From the NCBI GenBank assembly GCA_963702005.1, contig OY969696.1, forward strand, positions 1,824,001 through 1,888,000: a stretch of 64,000 nucleotides of DNA, written 5' to 3'. The DNA comes from Candidatus Aminicenantes bacterium. Lineage in GTDB: Bacteria; Acidobacteriota; Aminicenantia; Aminicenantales; JAFGBC01. Shown piece by piece: positions 26,581 through 37,505 of this stretch (position 1 is the stretch's first letter; the number at the start of each line of letters is the position of its first letter). The notes under the pieces are model-generated. The model worked only from the letters and a program-made list of their open reading frames with translations. It was not told the DNA's origin and did not search any database. The position numbers were made by a program, and so were the translations under genes.

Positions 26581-29274
26581 TTGAAGAACAAGAAGGTTTT
26601 CAATCTGGTCTTTGTGAGCCTTGTTTTCATGCTTCTGTTGGTCCATCAAGGATTCGCCCAGAAACGGACAGGAACGATCAGGGGCACGGTCAAGGACGAG
26701 ACGGGGGAGGCTCTCCCCGGAGTCACCGTGGAATTGAAAGGTCCGGCTTTGATGGGCTCCAGATCGATCCCGACCGACGCCGCGGGAGCATTCAGGTTCT
26801 TTGCCCTCCCCGTCGGCGCGGAATATGAAGTTGCGTTTTCGCTGCAGGGGTTTCAGCCTGTGGTGCACAAAAACCTACCAGTTACGATCGGGGGGACCAT
26901 TGTCCTCGACATCGTTCTCAAGCCCGTTTCCATCGAGGCGGAAGTGACGGTGACCGCGCTGGCCCCCCTTGTGGATACCAAAAAATCAAGCTTCTCCTCC
27001 AACTACGATTCCAAGACGTTGGATACTCTGCCAACCAGGCGGTTCACATTCTTCGACATGGTTCAAGCCTCCCCGGGCGTTACGACGTCGGATCCTGAAT
27101 ATTCTCGTGCCAGTGCCTTTGGGGGCGAGGAAAAGTCGAATGCCTATTACATTAATGGGATCGACATTTCCGCTCCCTCAACAGGCGCGGCCTGGCCCTG
27201 GCCCATGCCTGATATCATCGAGGAAATGGAGATCACCGGAATAGGCGCTCCGGCTGAATACGGCAATTTCGAGGGAGCCGTCATCAATGTGGTCAGCAAG
27301 TCCGGTTCCAATACCTTCCACGGCGACGCGAAGTATTTCCTCCAGCCTAAATTTCTGACAGGCAATAACACTCCCAAGGAGAAATGGCCTTTTAACCGCG
27401 ACCGCTGGCATGATGCCATCTTCACGCTTGGCGGACCGATCATCAAGGACAAACTGTGGTTCTTCGCCGCCGTTCAGCATCAAGTGAACAGCTTTTCAGG
27501 GGTGGGAGCGGACCCCCAATATCCGGTAGAGTCCAGGATGACGCCCACGGGGGATATCAAGATCGACTACCAGCTCAACAAAAAGGATAAATTGAGCCTT
27601 TTTGCCCACTACGAAAATTATAAATTCCCTGGAATACCCACTCAATTCAAGCCCGTTGAAACGATCAACTCTGAATCTGCGCCGGCCGTTGCACCCAGTT
27701 TTGAATGGCTCCATATGATGAACGATAATACCTACTTCGAGATCAAGTACGGCGGCTTTTATACTTATGATAAATGGGAGCCGGTCCAAGGGGATTTGAC
27801 GACCCCGGGGCACACGGACTGGGGGACCGGGTATGACTCCGTCAACGCAAAGACTTATTACCACTGGAAGACCAACCGAACCCAAGTCAACGGAAACATC
27901 TCCCATTACGCGGATAATTTTTTAAAAGGACATCACGAGTTCAAGGCCGGCGTCCAATACAGCCATGGTTATTCCGATCTGATCTGGGGATATAATGGAG
28001 GCGTGGAATACTACGACTGGATGAATGAGCCTTATATGGCTTATTTTCGCAACCCCTCCCACTACGGCGGCATGACGGATCAGCTGGGGTTTTTTGTCGA
28101 CGACTCCTGGCAGGTATCGGACAGGCTGACCGCCAATCTGGGACTGCGTTTTGATTACAACCATGCATCTATCCCCGCCTTCGATGAGCTCGACAGGTTT
28201 GAGAAGCCTACAGGGAATAAGATTGCCGGGATCCCTGATGTGGCGAATTGGAAACAGATCTCACCAAGAATCGGGATAAACTACCAGTTGACATCGGACA
28301 GAAAGACGCTTCTTCGTGCGTCCTATGGCCGCTACACTAAGGGCCTGATCATCGGAGACATCGAAGGATCGACTCCCGCCCTATCGACCCTCTACGTCAA
28401 TATGTATAATCCTGATACGCATGCTTACGACATCCCTATCTATAGCTGGAGTCCCCTGACAGATACCGGAATCGATAAAAAACTGAAGGCGCCCTATACT
28501 CAGCAGTTCTCCGCCGCTCTAGAAAGGGAAGTTTTTCAGGATTTCTCGCTTTCGGCCACATTCATCTACAAGATCAATAAAAACAGAATCGATAGGCTCA
28601 ATACGGCCGCTCAGTATGAGCAGATACCTTTCATCGATGCCAGCACCGGGAATACGATCATGGTCTACAACCAGATCGAGCCCCTTCAGAATCTCTATCT
28701 CATCACAAATCCAGGAGATAAAATAACCTATCGGGCTCTCATGCTAGTGGCCAACAAGCGCTTTTCCCATAACTTCCAGCTTTATGCCTCGTTCACCTGG
28801 TCGAGGGCTTGGTGGACGCCCAAAGGCTATAAAGACAAAAACGAACTCATCAATTCCGAAGGTCCTATGAGCATCCTGCACGCCGTCGACAGGAGGTGGA
28901 TGTGCAAGTTCGGCGGCGTTTACATGGCTCCTTTCGGCTTTGTTCTTGGAACGAACGTCATCTACCAACAGGGTGCACCTTGGGAGAGGACGGTTCTCGT
29001 CCCGGGTCTCAACCAAGGGCCGAAATTCATCAAGGCTGAGCCGCGAGGGAGCCGCCGGCTCCCTAACGAGCTCTATGCCGACGTTAAAATTGAGAAAACG
29101 TTCAAAATAGCGCAAAAGTACTCGGTGGAGTTCTCGTGCGACATCATCAACGTTTTTAACGAAGATACCAATCTGAGCTATGTCAGCACACAGGTGGAGA
29201 GCCCGAGCTGGATGATTCCCACGAACATCATATTGCCAAGGAGAGCCCTCATCGGGGTGAAGTTCGTCTTTTGA
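26581..29274 (+). CDS. TonB-dependent receptor (Oar-like, N-terminal carboxypeptidase-regulatory-like domain)
   Basis: GTIRGTVKDETGEALPGVTV, AEYGNFEGAVINVVSKSGSN, LGGPIIKDKLWFF and a terminal F. Confidence 0.92.
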   Translation: MKNKKVFNLVFVSLVFMLLLVHQGFAQKRTGTIRGTVKDETGEALPGVTVELKGPALMGSRSIPTDAAGAFRFFALPVGAEYEVAFSLQGFQPVVHKNLPVTIGGTIVLDIVLKPVSIEAEVTVTALAPLVDTKKSSFSSNYDSKTLDTLPTRRFTFFDMVQASPGVTTSDPEYSRASAFGGEEKSNAYYINGIDISAPSTGAAWPWPMPDIIEEMEITGIGAPAEYGNFEGAVINVVSKSGSNTFHGDAKYFLQPKFLTGNNTPKEKWPFNRDRWHDAIFTLGGPIIKDKLWFFAAVQHQVNSFSGVGADPQYPVESRMTPTGDIKIDYQLNKKDKLSLFAHYENYKFPGIPTQFKPVETINSESAPAVAPSFEWLHMMNDNTYFEIKYGGFYTYDKWEPVQGDLTTPGHTDWGTGYDSVNAKTYYHWKTNRTQVNGNISHYADNFLKGHHEFKAGVQYSHGYSDLIWGYNGGVEYYDWMNEPYMAYFRNPSHYGGMTDQLGFFVDDSWQVSDRLTANLGLRFDYNHASIPAFDELDRFEKPTGNKIAGIPDVANWKQISPRIGINYQLTSDRKTLLRASYGRYTKGLIIGDIEGSTPALSTLYVNMYNPDTHAYDIPIYSWSPLTDTGIDKKLKAPYTQQFSAALEREVFQDFSLSATFIYKINKNRIDRLNTAAQYEQIPFIDASTGNTIMVYNQIEPLQNLYLITNPGDKITYRALMLVANKRFSHNFQLYASFTWSRAWWTPKGYKDKNELINSEGPMSILHAVDRRWMCKFGGVYMAPFGFVLGTNVIYQQGAPWERTVLVPGLNQGPKFIKAEPRGSRRLPNELYADVKIEKTFKIAQKYSVEFSCDIINVFNEDTNLSYVSTQVESPSWMIPTNIILPRRALIGVKFVF

Positions 29275-31360
29275 GGACTTTCGTCAAGACCTCTTCGAGT
29301 GTCCGGTCGGCCCGGCCGATGGCCTGAGCCAGAAGGGAGATCTGCTCTTTAGCCCGGACCCAATTTTTTTCTTCGACAGCCTCCGTCACCCCGGGAAGGA
29401 CTTCCGGGTCATAAGTGAACTTGCAGGCGTAGATAAGGTGCTTGAACCAGGGGCGCTTGGGGATACCCTGGGGGGATCCAAAATCTCTTTCCGTTTGCAT
29501 CAAAGCGGCATTTATGGCCTGAAGAGTTTCGGATGAAGCCTTGCTCTCTTGAGAGAGGAGCCGTTCGATATGTCGGTTCAGCTCCCGGGCGGTTTTTTGA
29601 AAACCCTCGATTCGGCCGACCAGGAGGCTGAGGTCGGGAGAGATCGATTTTTCTCCTAAGCTTAAAACTTCCTTCACATAGGAACCGATCTCTCCGGCAT
29701 AGGCTTCATAATCGAAAGGATAAATTTGGGCATTGGCCAGCCTTAATGTCGTCATTCCCCAGAGTGTTGCCAGAGTCGCGTGATAGCGGAATTGGGGGTC
29801 GCCGAAATGCGACATCCAGTAAAAATCGTCATACTGGGAATGGTAGACTCCGAAAGGGCCCTCGAAGCCCATTTCCAGGACCGGCATGCAGACGAAATTC
29901 AGAAAAGCCGTATGGTCGCTGCCGCTTCCGACCCGAGTCTCGAGCTTTTTCATGGCTTCATAGATCGTTTTCCCGGTGGTGGGATCCAGAACTTCCTTAG
30001 TGATCTGCAGCATGAAATCGCCGAGCGAAGGCACGGCGACCGCCACAAATTCAGGTCCGCTCACGGCGGAATCGACGTTGATATACACAACGCCGTCCTT
30101 CTTCAGTTTGTCCGCGTACTGCTCCGCCCATTCCGTCGAACCGGTCAGGGTGTTCTCCTCGGCGTCCCAGCTGCAAAAAACAATGCTCCTCTTTGGCCGG
30201 AATCCGTCCTTCACCAGCTGTCCCAGGTTTTGGGCGAGACCGAGCTGAGCCGCCGTGCCGCTGCTCGGGTCGACGGCCCCATAAACCCAGGCATCGCGGT
30301 GGTTCCCGATGACGATCCATTTTTCAGGCTCTTCCCGTCCCTTGATTTTGCCGACCACGTTCCATATGGAGCCGACGGAATTATCCATTTCCACCTTGAG
30401 ATGGACTTTGGCCGGGCCCGGCCCGACGTGGTAGGAAAAAGGCAGCCCTCCCTGCCACTCCGGCGGGACGGCCGGGCCGGCCAGATTCTCCAAAAGCGGC
30501 CGTGTTTCTTTATGAGAGAGGGGAACAGCCATGATTTTGGGCAGGATTTCCGACTCCTCCGGCTTCAGACGCCTGGCTCCGGGGATCGAGGCCCAGCCGG
30601 GAGTCAACGGGTCCCCGGGAACGATGAAATCAAAAGGGATTCCGCCCCGTTGAATGTGGCTTTCCGGCCCCCAAGGTCCGTCGGGAAAAACATCGCCGCG
30701 CATATATCCGTCATCCTTGGGATCGGAATAGATCAGCAGGCCGGCGGCTCCCCTCCGCTGGGCCGTTAGGGCTTTGAAGCCTCTATAACTGTAGGGCTCT
30801 GAGTACCGGACCAGGGCGATCTTACCTTTGATGTCGATTCCCATCTCCAGCAGTCTGTCATAATCTTCCGGATTCCCGCCGTGGGCATAGACCACGGGAG
30901 CCGTGACTTCGCCGGAGGCCGAATAGGCATTAAATCCGATACTCACTTGACCGTTGAAAGAATCCTTGTCGACGGGATAGCCGTCTTCCCTCAAAGTGGC
31001 CTTGAAAGGAGCAGGTTCGACCATTTCCACGATGATATCTTTGGGATAGGAAAGGAGGACCTGATACTCGACGAGTTCCACGTCCTCGAGGCCGAATTCC
31101 TTGAATTTATCCCTGACATAAATGGCGAGTTCATAGTTCCGCTCGCTGCCCGCGATGTGAGGCTCTTCCGTCAAAAATCTCAAATGCTTCTCATAAACCT
31201 TGGGGTCGGCCAGCTTTTTGAGCGCGGCTTCTACTTGACGCTCCTCTTTTGAGCTGTTCCCAGTGAATCCTTTGATCCTATCTTCGCTCCATTTTCCTTG
31301 GGTCGGCAGAAAAAGAAGGATCATGAGGCGCATGAAAATTCCCCATTTGAAATTCTTCAT
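29249..31360 (-). CDS. M28 glutamate carboxypeptidase II-like peptidase (PA and TfR-dimerisation domains)
   Basis: GDPLTPG, GNHRDAW, DPSSGTA, WDAEE, SGSDH and YHS; 3' end overlaps the receptor gene by 26 bp. Confidence 0.92.
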   Translation of the reverse strand: MKNFKWGIFMRLMILLFLPTQGKWSEDRIKGFTGNSSKEERQVEAALKKLADPKVYEKHLRFLTEEPHIAGSERNYELAIYVRDKFKEFGLEDVELVEYQVLLSYPKDIIVEMVEPAPFKATLREDGYPVDKDSFNGQVSIGFNAYSASGEVTAPVVYAHGGNPEDYDRLLEMGIDIKGKIALVRYSEPYSYRGFKALTAQRRGAAGLLIYSDPKDDGYMRGDVFPDGPWGPESHIQRGGIPFDFIVPGDPLTPGWASIPGARRLKPEESEILPKIMAVPLSHKETRPLLENLAGPAVPPEWQGGLPFSYHVGPGPAKVHLKVEMDNSVGSIWNVVGKIKGREEPEKWIVIGNHRDAWVYGAVDPSSGTAAQLGLAQNLGQLVKDGFRPKRSIVFCSWDAEENTLTGSTEWAEQYADKLKKDGVVYINVDSAVSGPEFVAVAVPSLGDFMLQITKEVLDPTTGKTIYEAMKKLETRVGSGSDHTAFLNFVCMPVLEMGFEGPFGVYHSQYDDFYWMSHFGDPQFRYHATLATLWGMTTLRLANAQIYPFDYEAYAGEIGSYVKEVLSLGEKSISPDLSLLVGRIEGFQKTARELNRHIERLLSQESKASSETLQAINAALMQTERDFGSPQGIPKRPWFKHLIYACKFTYDPEVLPGVTEAVEEKNWVRAKEQISLLAQAIGRADRTLEEVLTKVLKRRTSPR

Positions 31361-32241
31361 CGTCCGTCCTCTAATGAAAAGATCTTTTCTTCGGCCGCCG
31401 TCGCCTTCCCTCCCACCTGCACACCCGTGATCTCATTATTCCCGACCTCGAGGCGAACGAGGATTTCCGAAGGCCTTCTCATGCCATAACCCTGTTCAAA
31501 AACCAGCCTCCGAGCCAGCTCTTCAGTTATCTTGCCTTGCTTGAACAAATAGCAGGCGAGCGCGCCGGACGAGGTTCCCGTCGCCGCTTCTTCCGGGATC
31601 CCATATAAGGGGGCGAAATTTCTGCAATAAGCCGTGGATTTGTGTTTCGTCTCCAAACTGAACGCATGATAACCCACGGCTCCATGTTTTTGGCTGATAG
31701 CGGCGATTCTATCGAGATCGGGTTCGAGGCTTGAAAGCGCCCGAAGCGAAATGATGGGAACGATGATGTCGCGGAGCCCGGTGGAGACGATTTGAACCGG
31801 CATATCCGGGGCGAGAGAATCGGGCCCTAGTCCCAGGGATCCGGCAACTTCTCCACGATCGATCGCGTCTTCGAAGAAAGGCAAAGTCTGTTCCATGAAA
31901 ACGGTCCCGTCCGCTTGGACCTCGACTCCAAGAATACCTGCTTTTGTTTCTTGGCTGTGTTTTCCCGCCGCTATTCGTCGAAGTCCAAAAAGGAGAGAAA
32001 AAACCGCAATGGTCGCATGGCCGCACAAATCCACCTCGGCGGCCGGAGTGAAAAATCTTATTTTGAAGTCCGCCGCAGCGGACTTTTGAACGAACGCCGT
32101 TTCTGATAAGCCGACTCTCGCGGCGATCTTTTGCATGGAGGTTTCAGCTAGACGATCCGCATCAAGCACAACCCCCGCAGGATTGCCGCCCTTCGTTGTT
32201 CTCGCAAAGGCGTTCAAGGTAGTGACGATGATTTTCTGCAT
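31357..32241 (-). CDS. PhzF-family isomerase/epimerase
   Basis: Start reassigned to MQKII; NAF...GGNPAGVV, SETAF, EVDLCGHATIA and EEAATGTSSGAL. Confidence 0.9.
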   Translation of the reverse strand: MQKIIVTTLNAFARTTKGGNPAGVVLDADRLAETSMQKIAARVGLSETAFVQKSAAADFKIRFFTPAAEVDLCGHATIAVFSLLFGLRRIAAGKHSQETKAGILGVEVQADGTVFMEQTLPFFEDAIDRGEVAGSLGLGPDSLAPDMPVQIVSTGLRDIIVPIISLRALSSLEPDLDRIAAISQKHGAVGYHAFSLETKHKSTAYCRNFAPLYGIPEEAATGTSSGALACYLFKQGKITEELARRLVFEQGYGMRRPSEILVRLEVGNNEITGVQVGGKATAAEEKIFSLEDGR

Positions 32242-32386
32242 CCTTACAATATTAATCCGTGTCGAATCAATTTGTAAATGAATACGATCGTGGGAGCCTT
32301 TTTTGCGGCTTGACGGTTCCCGGCTGTTTATGTTAAATGTCGAATAATTAGTTGGCTTCTCACAGCTCGTTACGAGTGGAGGCAAT

Positions 32387-33700
32387 ATGATCAAGAAGGA
32401 CGGAAACCTGACACGCGGACGTGATTACCGAAAGATCCCCATCTGGAAGAATGTCTCCGCGGCCGAATGGGACGATTGGAATTGGCAGCTTAAGAACAGG
32501 ATCACCTCGGTTGACCAGTTGAAGCAAGTCGTGGAGATGACGGAAAAGGAACAACAGGAGGTGAACACGGCCCTGAAGTTCCTTCGTATGGCGATAACGC
32601 CTTACTACGCCAGCCTCATGGATGCCTCCGACCGGAATTGTCCCATCCGCAGAAGGGCCATTCCTGCCGAGAAGGAAGTCAAACTCAGCCCGGAGGACAT
32701 GGTCGACCCTCTCCATGAGGATGCGGAGTCGCCCGTTCACGGACTGACGCACAGGTATCCCGACCGCGTCCTCCTCCTGGTCACGGACCAGTGTTCCATG
32801 TACTGCCGGCATTGCACGAGGCGGCGGAATGCCGGCGAGACCGACCGGGCCCTGCCTAAAAGCGATATCCTGGCGGCCATCGAGTACGTCCGGGAAACGC
32901 CCCAGGTGAGGGACGTGTTGATCTCCGGCGGTGACCCCCTGACCCTGTCGGACGGGTTTCTTGAGGATATTCTGCGGAGGGTCCGTCAGATCCCCCACGT
33001 GGAGATCGTCCGCTTGGGGACAGCGGCCCCGGTGGTCATGCCGCAGAGGATCACTCCCGGGCTGGTCGCCATTCTCAGGAAATATCATCCCCTGTATATC
33101 AACGTCCATTTCAACCATCCCAAGGAGATCACGCCGGAATCCAAGAGGGCCTGCGAGATGCTGGCCGACGGCGGCTTCCCGCTGGGCAATCAATCGGTCC
33201 TCCTGAAGGGGACGAACGATTCTCCCATCGTCATGAAGAAACTCGTCCATGACCTGGTCCGGATCAGGGTCCGCCCTTACTACATCTATCAGTGCGACCT
33301 CTCCCAGGGCATCGGCCACTTCCGGACATCGGTGAGCAAGGGCATAGAGATCATCGAGAACCTGAGAGGCCACACCACCGGTTTCTGCGTCCCAACCTTC
33401 GTCGTGGACGCCCCGGGGGGAGGGGGCAAGATCCCTGTGATGCCCACCTATCTGATCTCCCGGAACGAGCGCCGGGTCGTCCTTCGTAATTATGAGGGGG
33501 TCATCTGCATCTATACAGAGCCCGAACCTTCCGAGGGGAGGTGTCCCGACGAAGACGATCTGCGGCGGGAGTTCCCCGGCCTGGAAAGCCGGGAAGGCGT
33601 AGCGGCCCTCCTGCGCGGCGGCCGGGTCAACATCGCCCCGGCCGGCCTGGAGAGACAGCGCCGGAGCAAGCTCTACAAGAAAGTCAAACGCACATCATGA
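32387..33700 (+). CDS. kamA: Lysine 2,3-aminomutase (radical SAM, PLP)
   Basis: LTHRYPDRVL, CSMYCRHCTRRR, RVRPYYIYQCDLSQGIGHFRT and PLP lysine in DAPGGGGKIP. Confidence 0.92.
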   Translation: MIKKDGNLTRGRDYRKIPIWKNVSAAEWDDWNWQLKNRITSVDQLKQVVEMTEKEQQEVNTALKFLRMAITPYYASLMDASDRNCPIRRRAIPAEKEVKLSPEDMVDPLHEDAESPVHGLTHRYPDRVLLLVTDQCSMYCRHCTRRRNAGETDRALPKSDILAAIEYVRETPQVRDVLISGGDPLTLSDGFLEDILRRVRQIPHVEIVRLGTAAPVVMPQRITPGLVAILRKYHPLYINVHFNHPKEITPESKRACEMLADGGFPLGNQSVLLKGTNDSPIVMKKLVHDLVRIRVRPYYIYQCDLSQGIGHFRTSVSKGIEIIENLRGHTTGFCVPTFVVDAPGGGGKIPVMPTYLISRNERRVVLRNYEGVICIYTEPEPSEGRCPDEDDLRREFPGLESREGVAALLRGGRVNIAPAGLERQRRSKLYKKVKRTS

Positions 33701-34905
33701 CCCAAGCCTTGAACACCCTCCATTCTCATTTTCCGCCCGACGGGGATATCCGGGACCTCCTCGTTCGGCTCATCCGGACGCCTTCCTATCCGGGAGTGCC
33801 GCGCCAGGAGGAGGCCGTCGCCCGGGAGATCGGCGGCTTTCTTCAAGCCCGCGGCATCGAGCCGCTCTATCAGGAAGTCCGCGAAGGGAGGCCGAACCTT
33901 CTGGCTTCGCTAGGGGGGAACCGGCCCGGTCCGCACCTTCTCTTCTGCGGCCACATGGACACGGTCCCCCCGAACACGGGAAACCCTGAAGATGCGCTTG
34001 CCGCCGTCGAAAAAGACGGCCGGCTCCACGGGAGGGGGACCGTGGACATGAAAGGCGCCTTGGCCGCCATGGCCGGGGCCTTGGTGGCCCTGAAGAACGC
34101 CGGGGAGCCCGCCTCGGGCCGGGTCAGCCTGGCCGCCGTGATCGATGAAGAAATGGAAAGCCTCGGCGCCGAAAAACTCATTCTTGAAGGGTTCACGGCC
34201 GACGGGGCCGTCATCGGCGAACCGACCGGCAACAGGATCGCCATCGGCCATCGGGGTTTGGAGTGGCTGCAGATCGACTTCCAAGGCCGGGCCGCCCACG
34301 GCGGAACGCCGGAGGCGGGTCTCAATGCCATCTCGGCGGCGGCCCATTTCGTCCATCTCGTGGAAAACGAGCTTGTTCCGGCCTTAGCCCGGAGACGTGA
34401 CCCCGTGCTCGGCCCTCCAGCCATCAACCTTGGGACCATCGCCGGCGGAGATCAGCCGAGCACGGTCGCCGCCCATTGCCGGATCAGGCTCGATCGGCGT
34501 TGGGTGACGACGGAGACGATCGAGATGGTCTTTGAAGATTTAGAGGGCCTCTTGCGCCGGGTCCGCGAATCTCGCCCCGGTCTCAAGACCGAAATATCCC
34601 GGATGCCCGGCGGGATGGCCACGATGGTCCACGGCCCGGTGACCATTCCCCCGGAGCACTCCCTTGTCCGGGCCGCGGAAACGGGCCTCGCCGAGCTCGG
34701 CCATTCCTCCCGGCCCCTGACCGTTTTTCCCGCTTGGACGGACGCCTCGCTCATCTCCCGGGAAGGGCACATCCCGTCCATCGTCTGGGGCCCGGGGGGG
34801 CTTGAATACGCTCATTCTCCCGAAGAAAGCATCCTTCTGGCGGAGGTCTATCAGGCCGTCAGGCTCTACGCTCTGGCGGCTTGGCATTTCACCAGGCCCG
34901 AATGA
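33697..34905 (+). CDS. M20 ArgE/DapE-family deacylase
   Basis: ATGA overlap with kamA; GHMDTVP, GRGTVDMKG, DEE, GEPT and AHSPEE. Confidence 0.9.
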   Translation: MTQALNTLHSHFPPDGDIRDLLVRLIRTPSYPGVPRQEEAVAREIGGFLQARGIEPLYQEVREGRPNLLASLGGNRPGPHLLFCGHMDTVPPNTGNPEDALAAVEKDGRLHGRGTVDMKGALAAMAGALVALKNAGEPASGRVSLAAVIDEEMESLGAEKLILEGFTADGAVIGEPTGNRIAIGHRGLEWLQIDFQGRAAHGGTPEAGLNAISAAAHFVHLVENELVPALARRRDPVLGPPAINLGTIAGGDQPSTVAAHCRIRLDRRWVTTETIEMVFEDLEGLLRRVRESRPGLKTEISRMPGGMATMVHGPVTIPPEHSLVRAAETGLAELGHSSRPLTVFPAWTDASLISREGHIPSIVWGPGGLEYAHSPEESILLAEVYQAVRLYALAAWHFTRPE

Positions 34906-36281
34906 AGATCAAGATCCCCCACACCTACGTCCTTCTTATCTCCCTGACCGTGTTCGCGGCCATCCTGACATGGGTTGTCCCGGCCGGGCGGTATGAGCGG
35001 GCCGTCGACCGGGACCGGACCCTTATCGACCCCGCGTCCTTTCATGCCGTCCAAGCCCAACCGGCGGGAATTTTCGAGATCCTCCTGGCGTTTCCCAAGG
35101 CCCTGGTTGAAGTCGCCAACATCATCTTCTATATCTTCATCATAGGCGGCACATTCGGTGTTCTCAACAGGACGGGTCTCATCCAAGGCGGCATCCAGGC
35201 TTTAGTCAAACGGATCGGCGGCCGGCAGGCCTTGATCGTCCCCGTCCTGACGCTCGTTTTCGCGGTCGGCGGGGGGACCATCGGCATCGCCGAAGAGACC
35301 CTTGTCTTTCTGCCCGCCCTCCTTCTCCTGGCCCGCTCCTTGGGTTATGACTCGCTCACCGCCGGCGGGATCGCGCTTGTGGGCGCCAACGCGGGATTCG
35401 CCGCGGCCTTCATGAACCCCTTCACGGTCGGAGTGGCCCAGGGAATCGTCGGACTTCCGCTGTTTTCGGGAATCGGTTTCAGGGTCATCCTATGGGTGGT
35501 CATGACCACGGTGACCATCCTCTTCCTCTCCCGCTACGCGGCCAGAGTCAAGGCCAACCCCGGGATCAGCCTGATGCGCGAATACGACCTGAAGAGGGAG
35601 GCTGGGGCTCCACGGGACGAGGATGTTTTATTTACCCGGAGGCACGTCGCCGTGCTTGTCGTGACGGTGGCCGCCCTCATCGTCCTGATCCTCGGCGCGA
35701 TCCGCTGGCATTGGGGCCTTCTCCAACTCTCGGGCCTATTCTTCGGCCTGGCCATTGCGGCCGGCCCGATCGGCGGGCTATCCCTCGATGACACGGCCCG
35801 GAGTTTCATTCAGGGCGCCCAGGACATGACTTATGCCGGACTTGTCGTCGGATTAGCCCGGGGTGCCCTCGTCATCCTTCGGGACGCCAACGTCATCGAT
35901 ACCTTGACCCACGCCATGGCGGGCCTCGTCGGACGTTGGCCGTCCTCCATCAGCGTCATCGGCATCTACCTCATGCAGAACTTGCTCCACTTCATCGTCC
36001 CTTCGGGGAGCGGCCAGGCCGCGGTATCCATGCCCATCCTGGCGCCCCTCGGGGACCTGGTCGGCATCACCCGTCAGACAAATGTCCTGGCTTACCAGCT
36101 GGGGAACGGGCTGACCAACGTCTTCATCCCCACCCAAGGCTATTTCATGGCCGCCCTGGGCATTCTCAAGATCCCTTGGGAGAAATGGATCCGCTGGCTC
36201 CTGCCGCTTCTTCTCATCTGGCTGGGCCTGGGCATGGCGGCGGTAATCATCGCCCAAGCCATTCATCTGGGGCCGTTCTGA
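34902..36281 (+). CDS. YfcC-family (basic amino acid antiporter-like) membrane transporter
   Basis: ATGA overlap; PHTYVL, NPFTVGVAQ and IVPSGSGQAAVSMPILAPL. Confidence 0.88.
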   Translation: MKIKIPHTYVLLISLTVFAAILTWVVPAGRYERAVDRDRTLIDPASFHAVQAQPAGIFEILLAFPKALVEVANIIFYIFIIGGTFGVLNRTGLIQGGIQALVKRIGGRQALIVPVLTLVFAVGGGTIGIAEETLVFLPALLLLARSLGYDSLTAGGIALVGANAGFAAAFMNPFTVGVAQGIVGLPLFSGIGFRVILWVVMTTVTILFLSRYAARVKANPGISLMREYDLKREAGAPRDEDVLFTRRHVAVLVVTVAALIVLILGAIRWHWGLLQLSGLFFGLAIAAGPIGGLSLDDTARSFIQGAQDMTYAGLVVGLARGALVILRDANVIDTLTHAMAGLVGRWPSSISVIGIYLMQNLLHFIVPSGSGQAAVSMPILAPLGDLVGITRQTNVLAYQLGNGLTNVFIPTQGYFMAALGILKIPWEKWIRWLLPLLLIWLGLGMAAVIIAQAIHLGPF

Positions 36282-36332
36282 AAAAGGGGGGGAACGGGTC
36301 AACGGTCATCCCGGGAGTCGAAGGAGGCTGTC

Positions 36333-37502
36333 ATGAACCGCCGTGATTTTCTCAGGGCCACCTTGGCAGGGGCGGCCATCCTCCCCTCGGCCCCTCCTCT
36401 CTTATCCGTTCCCGTGCTTGCGGACGACGGCCGGCGAAAAAGGCTCCGGGAGCTCGGCATTATCATCGGCGACCTGGCCCCGGGACCCTTCAACGCCATC
36501 ACGGATGTCCGGGGAGTCAGGGTCGGCCATACGACGATCATCGAGGGCCAAGGCAAGGGAGCCGCCCGGACCGGGATCACCGTCCTCCTGCCCCACGAAG
36601 GCAATATCTATGAGGAGCGTCTCTTCGCTTCTTCGTTCGGGCTTAACGGCTGGGGAGAAATGACCGGGCTGGCCGCGATCGAAGAGACAGGGCTGCTCGC
36701 GACTCCGATCTTCCTGACCGGAACCTACAATGTCGGCATTGTCCAGAGCGCCGCCTCGGCCTATCTCCGGAAGACGAACCCCAGGCTGGGGCTTTCAGGA
36801 GGAACCGTCCATCCGGTCGTGGCCGAGTGCTTTGATGATTTTCTGAGCGATACGCCGAGCCGCCCCGTCTCCGCGAAGGACGTTTTTGCCGCCATCGAGA
36901 GCGCCGCGGGAGGACCCGTGGCCGAGGGAGCGGTCGGAGGCGGGACCGGGATGACATCCTTCGGCTTCAAGGGCGGCATCGGCACGTCCTCCCGGAAGAT
37001 CAAAAGCGGCGCCACGGTCGGCGTTCTGGTCATGGCCAACACCGGCGGCCGAGGTCAGTTGCGCATCGACGGCGCGCCCGTCGGCCGGGAAATTCGAGGA
37101 TTCGAAAAAGCGGAAAAACGGACGAAGTCCATCATCCTCATCGCCGCTACGGACGCTCCTCTCCTTTCCTATCAGCTCAGGAAAATCGCCAAGAGGGTCG
37201 CCCTGGGACTGGCCCGGGTAGGGGCCATTTCCGAGACAGGAAGCGGCGACATCATCTTGGCCTTCTCCACGGCCAATCGGGTTCCGCGGGTCTCGGCCGG
37301 GGCGGTCCAAAATATCCGGGCCGTCAACGATTTCCTGATCACGCCCCTTTATCAGGCGACCGTCGAGGCCACCCAGGAAGCGATTCTCAACGCCTTGACC
37401 TCCGCCGCGACCATCATTGGCAAGGACGGCAACACGAGCTATGGGATCCCTCTTGACCAGGTCGAAAGGATCATGAAAAAATTCCGGAGGCTGGGGGAGT
37501 AG
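36333..37502 (+). CDS. P1/S58 DmpA-family aminopeptidase with Tat signal
   Basis: NRRDFL; NAITDV.GVRVGH, EGAVGGGTGM...KGGIGTSSR, SII..ATDAP and SGD. Confidence 0.9.
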   Translation: MNRRDFLRATLAGAAILPSAPPLLSVPVLADDGRRKRLRELGIIIGDLAPGPFNAITDVRGVRVGHTTIIEGQGKGAARTGITVLLPHEGNIYEERLFASSFGLNGWGEMTGLAAIEETGLLATPIFLTGTYNVGIVQSAASAYLRKTNPRLGLSGGTVHPVVAECFDDFLSDTPSRPVSAKDVFAAIESAAGGPVAEGAVGGGTGMTSFGFKGGIGTSSRKIKSGATVGVLVMANTGGRGQLRIDGAPVGREIRGFEKAEKRTKSIILIAATDAPLLSYQLRKIAKRVALGLARVGAISETGSGDIILAFSTANRVPRVSAGAVQNIRAVNDFLITPLYQATVEATQEAILNALTSAATIIGKDGNTSYGIPLDQVERIMKKFRRLGE

Positions 37503-37505
37503 ACC

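Noticed and set aside
32242-32386. Lysine riboswitch upstream of kamA
   Set aside because: The region is short, shared with a divergent gene, and lacks recognisable L-box features.
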